Assembly: GCA_964016885.1 (NCBI GenBank)
Contig: OZ024742.1
Coordinates: 243,040,001-243,104,000, forward strand
Length of the DNA stretch: 64,000 nt
Origin: Eledone cirrhosa
Lineage: Eukaryota
Direction of reading: 5' to 3'
Each line of letters begins with the position of its first letter. The stretch's first letter is position 1. A program made the translations under genes and the position numbers. Of this stretch, positions 1 through 13,300 are shown one piece after another. The notes under the pieces are model-generated. The model had not been told where the DNA came from. It did not search any database and worked only from the letters and a program-made list of their open reading frames with translations.

Positions 1-100
1 TATAGCAAACATCAACCTCCTTACGTTCAATCATTTCTACAACCTCGTTAGAGCGACCTTTTAAGGTGCCTACATTCATGGTACCAACTCTGAAGTTTTG
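1..100 (-). mobile_element. RTE-clade LINE, N-terminus of AP-endonuclease domain (continues off the window edge)
   Basis: Minus-strand translation QNFRVGTMNVGTLKGRSNEVVEMIERKEVDVC matches the start of RTE-type APE domains (GTxNVxTL motif). Confidence 0.7.
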
Positions 101-530
101 GATTGCGTTTGGTGGGTGGGAGCGGTGGGGCGCAGGGAGGGGTGAGGGAGATGGGGTTATGTTGGCCATCCACGGACGAAATAAAGAGGAGGAGTCCTTG
201 CATTCTCGTCCGGCAGCATGAGGTGAATTTGTCTTTATCTTTGGCATTGTCACTGAGTGTCCAGATTTTTCATACTCTCCAGAATTCCGTAGTCCATCCA
301 TCATATCGAAAGGCAACCAGGTCTAAATTTAAGAAGTGATACCATAGACCGCTGACTTATGATTGGTCCAAGTAATAATGGTGGCGAGTGGGGGTGGGTG
401 GGAAGTGTATGGGGTAGTGAGAAAACAACACCATGTTCCAGCACTGGGCATATCACAAGATCGAAATAACAGAAGTAAACTTTGTTCCATCATTATGTTT
501 TTCTGGGGAGTTTGTTCTGTTCAAGTTCTA

Positions 531-572
531 GCTGTCTGATGAGGTCATAGCTGTTGAAATATATATAACAGC
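531..572 (+). ncRNA. Minimal type I hammerhead ribozyme motif (Penelope pLTR type)
   Basis: GCTGT-CTGATGA-ggtcatagctgtt-GAA-ATATATAT-A-ACAGC: 5-bp stem I, palindromic stem III, weak stem II; AATAAA at about 580. Confidence 0.65.
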
Positions 573-723
573 CACTATGAATAAACGAAGTTAATCTTAA
601 CCTGTTGACTTACACTTCTTGTTTTTAAATTACTCCGAAGTAAACAGACCCACCTGCGAACTTCGTCGAGTGCTCTACCCTGCATACTGAAGTATCCGTA
701 ATTAACCAACACATATTCAAATT

Positions 724-1279
<556 letters not shown>

Positions 1280-1422
1280 TGTCGTTTATTTATCAAATAT
1301 TTCTTCACATGAGCCTTTATTTTTATAGCCTGGTCTAATTGATTTTTTATGTGGTTAATTATGCTAATTGGGAGAGGAAAGAGTGTATATATTTTATCAA
1401 ATGATTCTATGGACATAATTTA

Positions 1423-1463
<41 letters not shown>

Positions 1464-1470
<7 letters not shown>

Positions 1471-1911
1471 AAAAATTGAACAGGGACAGAACAGAGAGGC
1501 AGTACGACAAATGTTTATTAGATTCACGCTCAGGAGAGTGGGGGGTAGGTGGAGGACGACGTTTCGGGCTAAGCCCTTCTTCAGGTAAGAGTTCAAAAGG
1601 TGTGTAGGGGAGTGGTGGAGAGACATATAGCGAAAGGAAACGGTGCGAATGAAAAATTAACAAATAAAGACAAAAATATAATAAATAATAAATAAAAATA
1701 GGCAAAGAATCATATACGGAAAAAAAGGGGTACGGTAACAAAATCAAACAGAGGTAATGCGTGGAAGGAAAGACAAAGTGTGGGAAGGTGTGTAAAGTTC
1801 GGAGAAAGGTCACGGCGGATTAGATCGGGGTTGAGCCGGTTGTTAAGTTAAGTTCCAAGGATGGAGGCCGTGTGAGCGTGTGTTTTGTATAATAAAAAAT
1901 TGAACAGGGAC

Positions 1912-1914
<3 letters not shown>
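1464..1914 (-). mobile_element. Non-autonomous Penelope-like pLTR unit with 27-bp terminal direct repeat, embedded in (TA)n
   Basis: TATAATAAAAAATTGAACAGGGACAGA at 1464-1490 and 1888-1914; internal hammerhead core; AATAAA downstream of it on the minus strand. Confidence 0.65.
1556..1586 (-). ncRNA. Minimal hammerhead ribozyme core
   Basis: Minus strand ac-CTGAAGA-aGGGC-tta-GCCC-GAA-ACGT-C-gt; GUC cleavage triplet, palindromic stem III, stem I only 2 bp. Confidence 0.6.
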
Positions 1915-1967
<53 letters not shown>

Positions 1968-2552
1968 ATATATATACATATTATTACAAAACATAATCTT
2001 TTTAACTTAGGGGGACAAATACTGTCGCAAGGCTATAATGACAATAAAAACATGTTGATGTTTTTTTTTTTAAATTGGAAAATGGCTGAAGGTTTCTAAT
2101 AGGATAGTAAATGAATCAACAGAAAATTCGTTAATTCGAGAATACTGCTCAAAGGGTCACAGTTCCATGTTTAAGAAATTATGAACAGACGCTACTTCAA
2201 AAGCAAATAGTCGTCAACGTTACCAGACGTTATCAGTAGTTGCTTTTAGAAAATAACATTCATCAAGTTACAAAGTTAAAATGAGAAAAAGTCACTGTTT
2301 GAGAAGAAAACCTGGCAGTAAAAATGGTTTTCTGGTGGCAGAGGCATTAGGGATTTAGTAAATACGATTTAGCTGTAGTGTGAAAAAGAAAATATATCAT
2401 TCAATTAAATATGACATATTCAGTTGGAGAACTTTTCTCTTCTGATATGAAATTGAAACAAATATTTACTTTTCTGTAAAGAATTTACCATTATCAGACT
2501 AAGCATGTGCACACAAACAAATACACACGCTCATACGTACACACACCATCAC

Positions 2553-2587
<35 letters not shown>

Positions 2588-2591
2588 CATA

Positions 2592-2668
<77 letters not shown>

Positions 2669-2751
2669 CATATATAAATGTGCGTGTGGGTGGATGTGCG
2701 TATGTTTGTGTGTGTGAATATATATATATGCACACACATAAAAATTAGCAT

Positions 2752-2852
<101 letters not shown>

Positions 2853-4379
2853 TGTGTGTGTATTATATGTATATATATGTGTGTGTGTGTCGCAGAATTA
2901 CAATGTTTTACTTTTATTAGAACTCAGATATCAATTATTGAGGTTTTTTTTTTATCTCTTATTAGATAAATGGCCGATTATTCAGCCACTTCACGTTATT
3001 CTCACGCTATCAATTTCGGATAATTGCGGTGGAGTAAAAAATATATCTTTCAAAGTTCTTTGTTGGTGAGCTATATATTTCTGTTAAAAAATAGGATAAG
3101 CAGTTTTTTGTCACAGAATAGGATGCACTAGTATACTTATGAGCACAGATATGATGGGCGCATACAGAAGTGAAACTGACTTAGGAAATTTGTCCTAATC
3201 TTGAAACGTCAACTTATTAATCAATTTATTAAGGTCTTTGTAAATTATGCGACAGTTAAGGAAACGCCTACAGCTTAGAGTTTCTAATTGAATAACAGTG
3301 CTGAGTAACGCACTATCAGCAAATATAGTGACTTAGTAGAGGTACCTGGTGATGCCCGGGCATTGTATCAAGGTAGCATGTAATTTGCAGAATTCAACAC
3401 ATTACAATGTATTTGGCTAATGAAATAGGAATTAAAGCAAAGTTCTTTTGTCTATTTATTTGTTTAAGTTTAATTTAGAGTTAAAAAATTTAGGATTTGA
3501 CTATTGAAAGCTCAAAGATAAAGTAAAAGTTAGTTTTAATGCATCGAAAATTGGATCATAAATTCTTCAAATCCTGGTCTAGCATTTAAAAAGAGGGATT
3601 ATATTATGATTTCCCTAAATTTGAGAAATGATATGAATATTATAAATTTGAATGCCGTGCATATAGAATTAAACTATACTAAAAATATACAGTAAAACAT
3701 GAAATTGAAGTAAATAATTATGTTGAAAATTTACCAAAAATATGAAATATGTTTCGGAATGGATGTATGAACTACCTTTAAATACTTTTCTTATTAATGT
3801 TAATATGATATGAAGATCCGGAATTCTTCGAGACTATGTATTATACAGTATGTCTAGTTAGACGGTAGTCAATTGAATTTCGGATATATTCAGCCTCAAT
3901 ATAATCCCTTTTTTTAATCCTCTGAAGATAGAGAACTACAAATATCTAAATATAATTGTGTATATAAAATTGTGTAGTTAACTATTTGTCTAGCCGATTT
4001 CTACAGGCTAGAAGAAATAATTAGATAAGTGTCATATGGCTGTACATCGCGGAAAATAATCTGTATCATTTGTCTATTATTTCTTCATAAGTACATTTTA
4101 AACTTATAGCCTCGTTTAAATGATTTTTTTATGTGGTTAATTTATACTGATAGGGGAGAAAATAATGTATATATTTTATCTAATGGTTCTTCGGACTTGC
4201 ATGTTTATATATAGCTCTGACTAATAATTATTTGCTTAATTAATTCTTCATTGAGCCACACCGTGAAAGGTTGCCAAACTCATATATCTGTGACTATGTC
4301 TAATTATATATATATAGCCCTTTGAATTTAATATAATTGTGTATATATAGATCTTCATTATACGAATTTTCACCTAACC

Positions 4380-5019
4380 GTAGACAACTGATGAGGACCC
4401 CCCCGTCCTTGCTTTCTTCTTATTCCCACTGCATTTTAAGATACCTTAAATAGCAACTACACAGCCATTTCTATTCTCCATATATTTCATCATGTTTTCG
4501 CTGTGACCATTCTTCTCTCTCCCCTTCTACCTACCTATTTCGCTACTTTCTACTCTCACCCCTCTTTCTTTCACTCCCCTTCTCCCTATCTACTTTTACC
4601 CCACTTTCTTCCTCTCCCTTTCTCCCTCTCCCTTTCACCCCCTCGCCTGACCCTTTAGCAGTTCTTTTCTCACTTACAACTGCGGGGATCAGACGTGTGT
4701 CTTTTTTCTCTCGACCACTCAGTCTTGAACTTAAGTTCTCTTATCGAGTGGTCTTGCATTTCCTACCTATAGTTGCTCGCACATTGCTCGGTTTGTTGTT
4801 TCTTTTGCTGTTATTTCACTATTTTCTCTTTTCTTCCCTTTTGCTTTCCTTCCCTCCCTCCTCCGTTTTCCCAATAACTTATGCAGTTATTGACGCCCTC
4901 GGGTGAAATATTTTGTCTTTAAAGCGTAGAAATATCCGAGACCCCCAGTAGACAACTGATGAGGAATCCCCCCTCCCCGACCCCCTTTCTTGCTTTCTTC
5001 TTATTCCCACTGCATTTTA

Positions 5020-5024
<5 letters not shown>
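4380..5024 (+). mobile_element. Terminally redundant repeat unit, probable Penelope-like pLTR
   Basis: GTAGACAACTGATGAGGA...TTGCTTTCTTCTTATTCCCACTGCATTTTAAGATA at 4380-4443 and 4948-5024; pyrimidine-rich interior; ends in (TA)n. Confidence 0.5.
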
Positions 5025-5061
<37 letters not shown>

Positions 5062-5249
5062 ATGTGGTTGAGGGCTTAAAGAAAAGAGTACTCAATACCG
5101 AACTGGAGTTTAAATATTGATGTTACTCTGGAGTTTCGCTTGTTTATCACAGGTTCAACTTGCCCCATGACCCTGTAATAAACAGACGAAACTCCAGAGT
5201 AACAAGTCACACTGTTTAGTATATATATGTATATATATGTATATATATA

Positions 5250-7975
5250 AGAAAAAGTATGACCCCGACGGCAGAGCTCAAGCCGTTTCGCCGGCTATTT
5301 CTGGACTAAATTAAAAATTTTAGCCTGGTGAATAAATAGCCGAACCTTTCAAGGGGGTACTTCCTTATATGGGAAGATTGTAGTTGTCAAGAGGATTGTT
5401 TAAAATTTGTTGTAAACACAAATAAGTCTATCATGGCATTTGGTGGCAGGTAGTGGTGGCTGAACTTGCCTGTAGAACAATAGGGGAGTGAGTGGAGCGG
5501 TCAAGCGTTGAAAGAGATAAGTACACAGCAGATTCTAAGGCTAGTGTATGGAGTGGAGGAGGGAAGTAATAGAAAAGGTAAATCGAATGAGAGTAGGAGA
5601 CAATAAGAAATAAAAAGAAATTAAAAAAATATATAAAATTAGATAGTGAGAAATGAATAAAAAAAATCACAATGCTATCTTACAAATACAGGTTAATAAT
5701 TTGAGAATAGAAAAAAACTTGTAGAAATTGAGTAGTACCAGAAGTGATACAGAATTAAAGGGGTATAACACGTCTGATATAAGTAGTTAGAAAAACGTAT
5801 TCGGCCAATTCTATCTTAAAATTACAGGGGTCGGGGAACTGATGCTACAGAAGCCCGATGGGCTGCATAGGAGTAGCCGAAGGGGAGAAGCAGACGAGAA
5901 AGAAAATAGGGGTGGAAAGAAACAGGGGGAAGAAGAAGACAAAGAGGAAAAGAAAAGAAAAGAGATACATCTACCTAAGTAAGCTGGGGTTTCCCCTAAC
6001 TTATTCGGTAAGTAGGGGGAGGGGTATCAGCCCTTGTCTACCCACCCGGGTCGTTATGGGGTTTGAGGGCGAGGTAAGTCTGTGTTTGCATGCGGTTACC
6101 AGTTCCTCTTTCTTGTTTAGGAGTTGGTCCTTCGAAAACAGCATTTGTAATATTTCCTCCGAGCATAAGTTACACGGACGGCGTCCTCCCGTGTAAGAGT
6201 TAACTTTGGACAGTAAGCTCTAACTGAGATTGTAGGTTATATCATTATCTTGGAGGTCCCAGATGTGGCCCGAACGCGTAGTGGCATGTCGTCGGACCGG
6301 GTTTCGGAAAGTATGTCGGTGTTGGTAGAGCCGGGTCTTGAAGTCACGCGCGGTTAATCCTATATAAGCTTTGTTGGAGGTGTCCGTCCTCACGTTGCAC
6401 TGGTAGATCACGTTACATTCTCGGCTTTTGTTATTGAGGGGGCACGTAGATCTATCAGGGCAGTTACACCTCCTGGTCGGCTCTCTACTGATGTCTAGGT
6501 TATTTCTTCCATAGGGGATGCGTTTTTTGTTGTTTGAGGAGACGATATTTTGTGCGAAGTTAGGTGTGGTGCTGTAGAAGAGTTTGATGGTGTTTTTGTT
6601 GATTATGTGGTAGCGGTGTTGTAGTGGGAAGTGTTTTTCGAGGAGTCTAAAGATGATTTTCCCGATAGGTGTTGCTACCTCGGCATTATAGGGAGGATTG
6701 AACCACGTTACGTTGCATGAGCGGCGGTATCGCCTGCTGGATCCGCTAAGAGATGCTGGATAAAAGGATATTTCCTCCCGGAAGCAACTCCGCTTGGGGG
6801 TCTGGTTGTAATGAGGCGCGTGTTTGTCGAATATCTGCTCATTAGCGGACAAACGAGATATGCGGAGGGAGATGTTTTTAACCAGGTTATTGGTGATGTT
6901 TCTAGGATGGTTAGAGCGGTGGTGGATGTAGTGCAGGTTGTCGTTTGGTTTCCTGTATGGGTAGTACAGATCATTTTCGAGGTTAAGAGTAACGTCCAGG
7001 AAATTGAAAATCGGGTTAGGGACGTTTGTAGGGTGATTTTTAATCCCCAGTCCCGGAAGAAGTTGATTAGTTGTTTACGGACCCGGTCTGTACTACTGGA
7101 GTTGTACCCTTTGAGGGTGAGAAGCCCATCATCCCGGTACAATCCACCGCCGAATGCAGGAAACATTTCGGTGAGTTTAAATAGTAGGAATAATCCTATA
7201 AGATCTGTGACCTCGGCCGAATCCGTCGCGCCCATACTGACGTCGAAGGGGGGGGGGGGGGGGGGTCGGGAGCTTTCTTTATCCACTTAGAGTTGTCGAA
7301 AAGTAGGACTGTCTTCCTGGCGTGGAGAATGATATTTCTTTCCTGGTCAGTGATGGGTGTGAGTGTTTTGGAAAAGTCCAAGGCGGCCGTAAGGAGCGGT
7401 AAGGTAATAGATGCAAAGTAACTCTCTATGTCAAACTGGATGAATTTTGTGTATTCCTGAACCATGAGATTGCTTCCTGTGTGCTGAGCCATAGGCTAAG
7501 TCTCACGTTTTGCTTAACTTTTGGTATAACTCGGTCTAGGATCTTTTTACTGATTCTCCCTATATCTGACTGTGTTGGGTTTATAAGCCTAATGGATGGT
7601 TTGCGGTCGAAGTCGGATTTGTGGTCCTTCGGTGTGAAGTAGGGAGTCCGTGGGTCTAGGGGTTCAGTGCGGTCGGCGACTCGAGGCTGGAGGTAATTTG
7701 TTGTCCATCTCGATTTATGTCCTCGATAATTGAATGGTTAGCTTTTTATAGGTGGAGTTTAGGCTGCTCCTGATCAGTGTGTGGTATCTGTCAGGATTGA
7801 CGAAGTAGAGGTTTCCTTTTTTGTCCGAGTGCACCATGATGTCGTTGGTGTTTTCATACTCTGTTATTTTGCTACGGTGTTGTTGTAGGAATCTGTTGTC
7901 GGGTTTGAATTTAATGCTCTTGACCAGGTGGAAAAGGTGGTTCTCGAAGGATGAGAGCATAGGGTTCGGAGGGAG
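5250..7975 (-). mobile_element. Penelope-like retroelement (RT + C-terminal GIY-YIG), 5'-truncated and frameshifted
   Basis: ORF pieces 7715-7960, 7196-7492, 6708-7286 and 6220-6852 give SDKKGN, FDIESYFASI, GGLYRDDGL, WFNPPY, CNCPDRSTCPL and VIYQC...AYIGLT...FKTRLYQH; both ends abut TA-rich tracts. Confidence 0.92.
5262..5358 (-). ncRNA. Degenerate hammerhead motif in the 3' UTR of the Penelope element
   Basis: Minus strand ACCCC-cttgaaag-(GTTCGGCTATTT...AAATAGCCGGC)-GAA-ACGGC...GCCGT-C-GGGGT; all three stems present, CUGANGA core altered. Confidence 0.5.
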
Positions 7976-8130
7976 ATATATATATATTGTACTGTGTCGT
8001 TTGCTTTGTTATTTCTGTTTAGTTTTTACATACATATACACAAACACGCACACAAACACGCGTGCGCGCGCGCGCATATACACACAGATATATAATGATT
8101 TCTTTATGCATTTATTTATTTTACATATAT

Positions 8131-8332
8131 AATGGTTTCTTATATAGGCACAAGGCCAGCAATTTCGGGGGAGGAGAAAGTCGATTAAATCGACCCCATT
8201 GCGTGACTGGTACTTTATTTTATCGACCTCGTAAGGATGAAAAGCAAAGTTAACCTCGGCGGGATTTGAACTCAGATCATAAAGGGATGTAACTCAATGC
8301 TGCAAAGCATGGCGTCCGACCCAATCCACCGC
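8131..8332 (-). mobile_element. tRNA-derived SINE with Nin/Deu-like central domain
   Basis: B-box-like GAGTTCAAATCC plus GC(C/T)TTTCATCCTTACG(G/A)GGTCGATAAAATAAAGTACCAG core shared with many copies in the window. Confidence 0.8.
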
Positions 8333-9800
8333 TCTATATTTTACATTTATAATGCAACATACCATTAATTATTACTTGCACAACATTTATCAATGCTGCA
8401 ACATAGATATTTCTACCATATTCACTCACAATGCAACAATAATCAGTTTTCAGTCGTTTAGCTTTTCTTTTGAAGTTAAAAAATTTACTTCTATCACATC
8501 TCATTTTAGCGCTGGCATCTTTTAGTCATTTTTATTATTATTGATAATTTTGCTTTCGACTGAACACTGAATGCCTTTTTTGTAAGTGCACCCGGCTGTA
8601 TGTGTGTTTGTGTGTGTGTATGTGTGTGTTGGGGGGGATGTCTGTGTGTGAGAGTGTGTGAGTGTGTATTGACAAAGAGCTTGTGCATATTAGTATTTGA
8701 AAGCATTAAATACCATGGGTTTTATCTCTCTGCCTCTCTTTCTCTCTATTAGACTCTCAGTAATTTTGCATCTGCTTTCTGCATGTTCAAAACGTTAGCA
8801 GCTTGGCTTCTCCTGAAAACACACACGTACATACATATATGTATATTATATATATATATATATATATATAACATTTATAAATACATATATTGTGTATATG
8901 TATGTATGTACGTATGCAGGTATGTATATAAAGAAATACACCCCACCAGATATACTAAACACTTGAAAAGAGGCATTTAAAATAACATGCCATGCTTGCT
9001 TGAAATAAAATAAAATTGATGTACCAAGAATTCACATAGAAGACTTTAGCTGCAGTATGATATTATAGTAAGAAGAACAACAATAACAACGACAGCAACA
9101 ACAACAACAGCAACAACAACAACAACAATAACAACAACAATAATAATAATAATAATAATAATAATTTTAGTTGATTTTTTTCTAAGGCACTTAAAAGTTA
9201 GCATTTACTGACGCAGTAAACAAAAAAATAAATTCGTACGAATGTCATTCGTGAAATTTTGTACATAGAAATTATTGAAACACTTAATTCAATAATTATC
9301 GTTAAAATTATTGTGAATAGCTTGGTAACAATAACGTTATTTTCTTTAGCAAAAGGGTAGAAGAGGGGGGGTCGAAGGATTGATTATGAGATTTTGAAGT
9401 TTATGTGGTGGGGAATGTGGAAGGTAAGAACGGGTAGTAGGCTGGGATTAAAATACAAATTAAATAAAAAGAGAAAGAATACAGTTTTCGACAAAATGAA
9501 TGGAAATTACAAAACGTACTTTTACTGGCTGTGACGTCATTTCGTCTGGAATGTTACATTGACATATTTCACTTCTGATGCTGAAATGAAAAGAAAAATG
9601 AAAGCAAAGATAACGCATACATTCTACAACATACTCATACACACACACGGACATACATGTGTTCATATACACATATATACGTATGAGACGTATATATATA
9701 TACATACATATATATATATATATATACACGGGTGTGTATGATTGTGTATAGAAGATTATATTAATAAAAGGAATTCCAACTTTGTCTGATTTACTCGTTT

Positions 9801-9906
<106 letters not shown>

Positions 9907-10264
9907 AACATACAAAGTGCAAAACAATATACGGAATAATAAGGCGGAAACGGGTGAGGGCTGGTATAATAGTGTAGTGATGGGATAATGTGAACAAGAG
10001 AGGGTTTTTAGAGAGCTTCAGAGGAAGAAGGGGTGTAATGAAGATAGAGAAAAGGCGGGAAAGAGTGAGAGTAACAAAATGGGAAACAAATGTGTAATCT
10101 ATGTAAGAGGCAGAGAATGGTTGAATGTATGAGAGAGAGGGGAGAGAGAGGGGAGAGAGAGGGGAGAGAGAGGGGAGAGAGAGGGGGAGTGAATCGGAAG
10201 GAAACGTTTGTATGTATGTGTGAGAGAAGGAGAGACAAAGACAGAGACAGACAGAGAGACAGTC

Positions 10265-10313
<49 letters not shown>
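10265..10313. repeat. (GATA)n microsatellite at the 3' junction of Tx1 copy 1
   Basis: Directly visible. Confidence 0.95.
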
Positions 10314-10314
<1 letters not shown>

Positions 10315-13300
10315 CTTTCTTTTTATTTGCCACCAGGGCATCAAAAAGTGGGACAAGTACAATGGGGGGAGTTTACATAAAAAGGCGTCCTCAATAAGGA
10401 GGAGGCAATAACAAAATATAAAAATATAAAATATAACAAACATAAATTGAATAACAAAATCCTCAATAGGGAGGAGGCGCCTTGGGGGGTCGCACACACC
10501 CCCCGAAAAAAGTGTGCAACCCTTCTCCTCAGGAGCACAGAGAGAGGGTGTTCCCTTGATCTTTCATCTTTCTCACCTACAGTCTGATGTAGAGTGAAGG
10601 CCCATTCACACGGGCCATTCTCGCCACTTTCACCCATCTTTCATAAAAACGGCTGGGGTGCAGCACCTCTCTCTCCATCCTGATCCTTCTTCCGAAATGA
10701 TATCGGAAGAAACGGACCAGTTGTTGGACAGAGAGAAAGGTGTCTGACCTCAGTCCTTTCAGACGCGTCCACCATACAACCTCTTTCACCATGGTTGTTA
10801 CGCACAGAAACACCGTTTTTGAAGAGGGAGGCGGCTTGATCGTTACAATAGACTCGGTGGTCAACCGTATCGGTCCCACCCGTGACAGCAGTCGTTCGAC
10901 ATAGCCCCACAGATCGGTAATGCCCGAGCAGTGTACCAATGCATGTGCAACGGTTTCCTCGTCGCACACGCATCTGGGACAGATCTTTTTCGAGGGGTCC
11001 CTATCCTGGCGCCCGTGTCTATAGAGCTTTTCTCGAACGGGGAGAGTCCCTCGGTAGCACTGCCAGGCCAGGGACCTCTGGAAGTTATCCATAGGTCCCG
11101 GGCTGAATGTCCTACCGAACAGGTTGGCCAGTTCGTTTTCCTCCATGCCTAGGGCTTCACCGAGGACGTCGTCGCACCTGCTAACCACCAGCCCTCTATA
11201 GAATGACGAGGTGGATTCTCCACTGACAGCCGGGTCCGCCTGCCAGAGAGCCGTGAGCGCATGGGCACACTCGGTGTACCAGGCGCCCAGTTTTCTCGGT
11301 CTTTGCTTGAACCAGGACTGCAGCTCGGTGAGCGAGACGATCCTGGGAAAGGCACGCCTCACGAACGGGGCCCACACCGGTTGACCGGTGAGGAATACCT
11401 GGAGGTGCCGTAGCCTTAATGCGTGTTTACGCATCATCAGCCACGGCATCCCCAGCCCTCCTTTCGAAGCGTGTTGATAGCAGATGGATCTCCTCATCAT
11501 AGGAGCCCGCTTCTTCCAAAGGAATTGGAAGAGTGCGCGCTCCATTTTGGCGTAGCGTTTCTCTTGGGCAAGGCACGACGGTCATGCGGTAGTAGATGAC
11601 GGACGCTATATAAGTGTTCGCCACCTCCGCCCGACCTTTCAGGGACAGTTTGCACTCGGCCCACTTCTGGGTCAGTGCAAACACCCTGTTCGTTACCTCG
11701 CCCCAGTTGATTTCCACCTGGAGGTCTGGTCCGAACCAGACCCCGAGCAACTTCACCGGGCCCTCCGTGCAGCGCCCGACGACGCCATCGGAGGGCATCG
11801 ATTTTCCCCTCCACGTGCCGAGTTGCAAACCGATCGACTTGTCCCGGTTCAGCTTAGCCCCTGTAAACCTTTCGTACTCCTCCAGTAAGGTGCCGATCGC
11901 CCCGATTTCCGAGGCCGTCGACACCATTACTGTTTCGTCATCGGCATAGGGCGACACAGCTTTCCGCGATCCCGGTTCCAACGGTATGCCTTGCAACAAC
12001 TCCAACTTCCGCAGCAGTGGCTCTAGAGTCATTACATACAGAAGGGAGGAGAGAGGGCACCCTTGTCGGATGGACCGTGCGATTTCGAACGGCTCCGAGA
12101 AGTAGCCGTTCACCTTGACTCTAGAGCAGATGCGGCTGCTGTGCATGGCAGTGATCCAGCCCCTGAAAACGGGTCCGAAGCCTGCCACCGCTAGCACCGC
12201 ATCCAGGTAACCATGGTCGACCCTATTGAACGCCTTAGATTGATCCAAGTTGATCAGGGCCCCACCAAAGCCGGGTTCGTTCCCAACCCTCTTTATGATG
12301 TAGCGCATGAGGTGGAGGTTGTCGTGGATGGACCTGGACGGGATAGCACATGTCTGCGCATCTCCCACCAGGTGGCCCACGACAAGCGCCAACCTCTTTG
12401 CTAACACCTTGGCCAAAATCTGTAACTCTGTATTTAGCAGAGTTATGGGACTGAAATTACTTATATCGTCCCCCTTGTTCTCGTCCTTCCTCACTAGCGT
12501 GACTACGCCCTTGGTCACAGCACAGGTAATTCTCCCGTTCTGTTGCCAGTTGCAGTAGATCACCTCGAGGAGATCGGGGGAACAAGTTCGGCATAGCTAG
12601 GTATAGTTCGTATGGAAGACCATCGAGACCCGGGGATTTGCGTTTGTCGCATTGGCTCAGCACGTTCTCTGTCTCAGCGGCTGAAATCGGCTCCTCGCAG
12701 GACTTCGCCTCCCTGTCCGAGAGACGCGGCAGGCCGTCGAGGTATGGACCGTAGTCCACTTCCCCAACCGGCTCCCCGTTCCTTCCGAACAATCTGGCAA
12801 AGTGCTTTTGAAAAGCCTCGCACATCTGCTTAGGTTCAAGGAACACCCGTCCATCCTGGTCTCGCAAAGACCGGATAGTGGATCTAATCACTCTTTTGGC
12901 TTCTGTCACGCGGGCCCAGCTAACAGCGTTGGTCCCCTCGTTTCCCAGAGCAAGTATTTTGCTTCGGACGATACAGCCTTCGTGTTTCGCGTCGAAGAAC
13001 TGGCCCAGGGCCGTTCTCGACGCTGGCACTCTGGCCACGTCGCCGCTTCTAATTGCCTATTCTACACTATCTACCAACTCCCTTTCCTTCCTATTTCTAT
13101 TTGAGGCTAACTCCTTACTAAATTCTATAGAGACTACTCTAATCTCTCTTTTGAGAGATCCCTACCACCTGCTGTTGACGATGGCGCCCGTCAACCGGTC
13201 CTTAACTAAAGTGCTAATCCTGTCCCTGTAAGCTTTACTTGCCGGTAAGGACAAGTTGAGCTTCCAGTAACCGGATCCCTGTCTATGCGTTCTGTCAAGG

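Noticed and set aside
3332-3362. Helitron-like terminus (TAG..TACCTGGTGATGCCCGGG)
   Set aside because: No matching other terminus could be identified.
3805-3985. Hammerhead-like traces (ATGAAGA..GAGAC and CTGAAGA with a hairpin)
   Set aside because: Core bases or the GAAA half are missing; too decayed to call.
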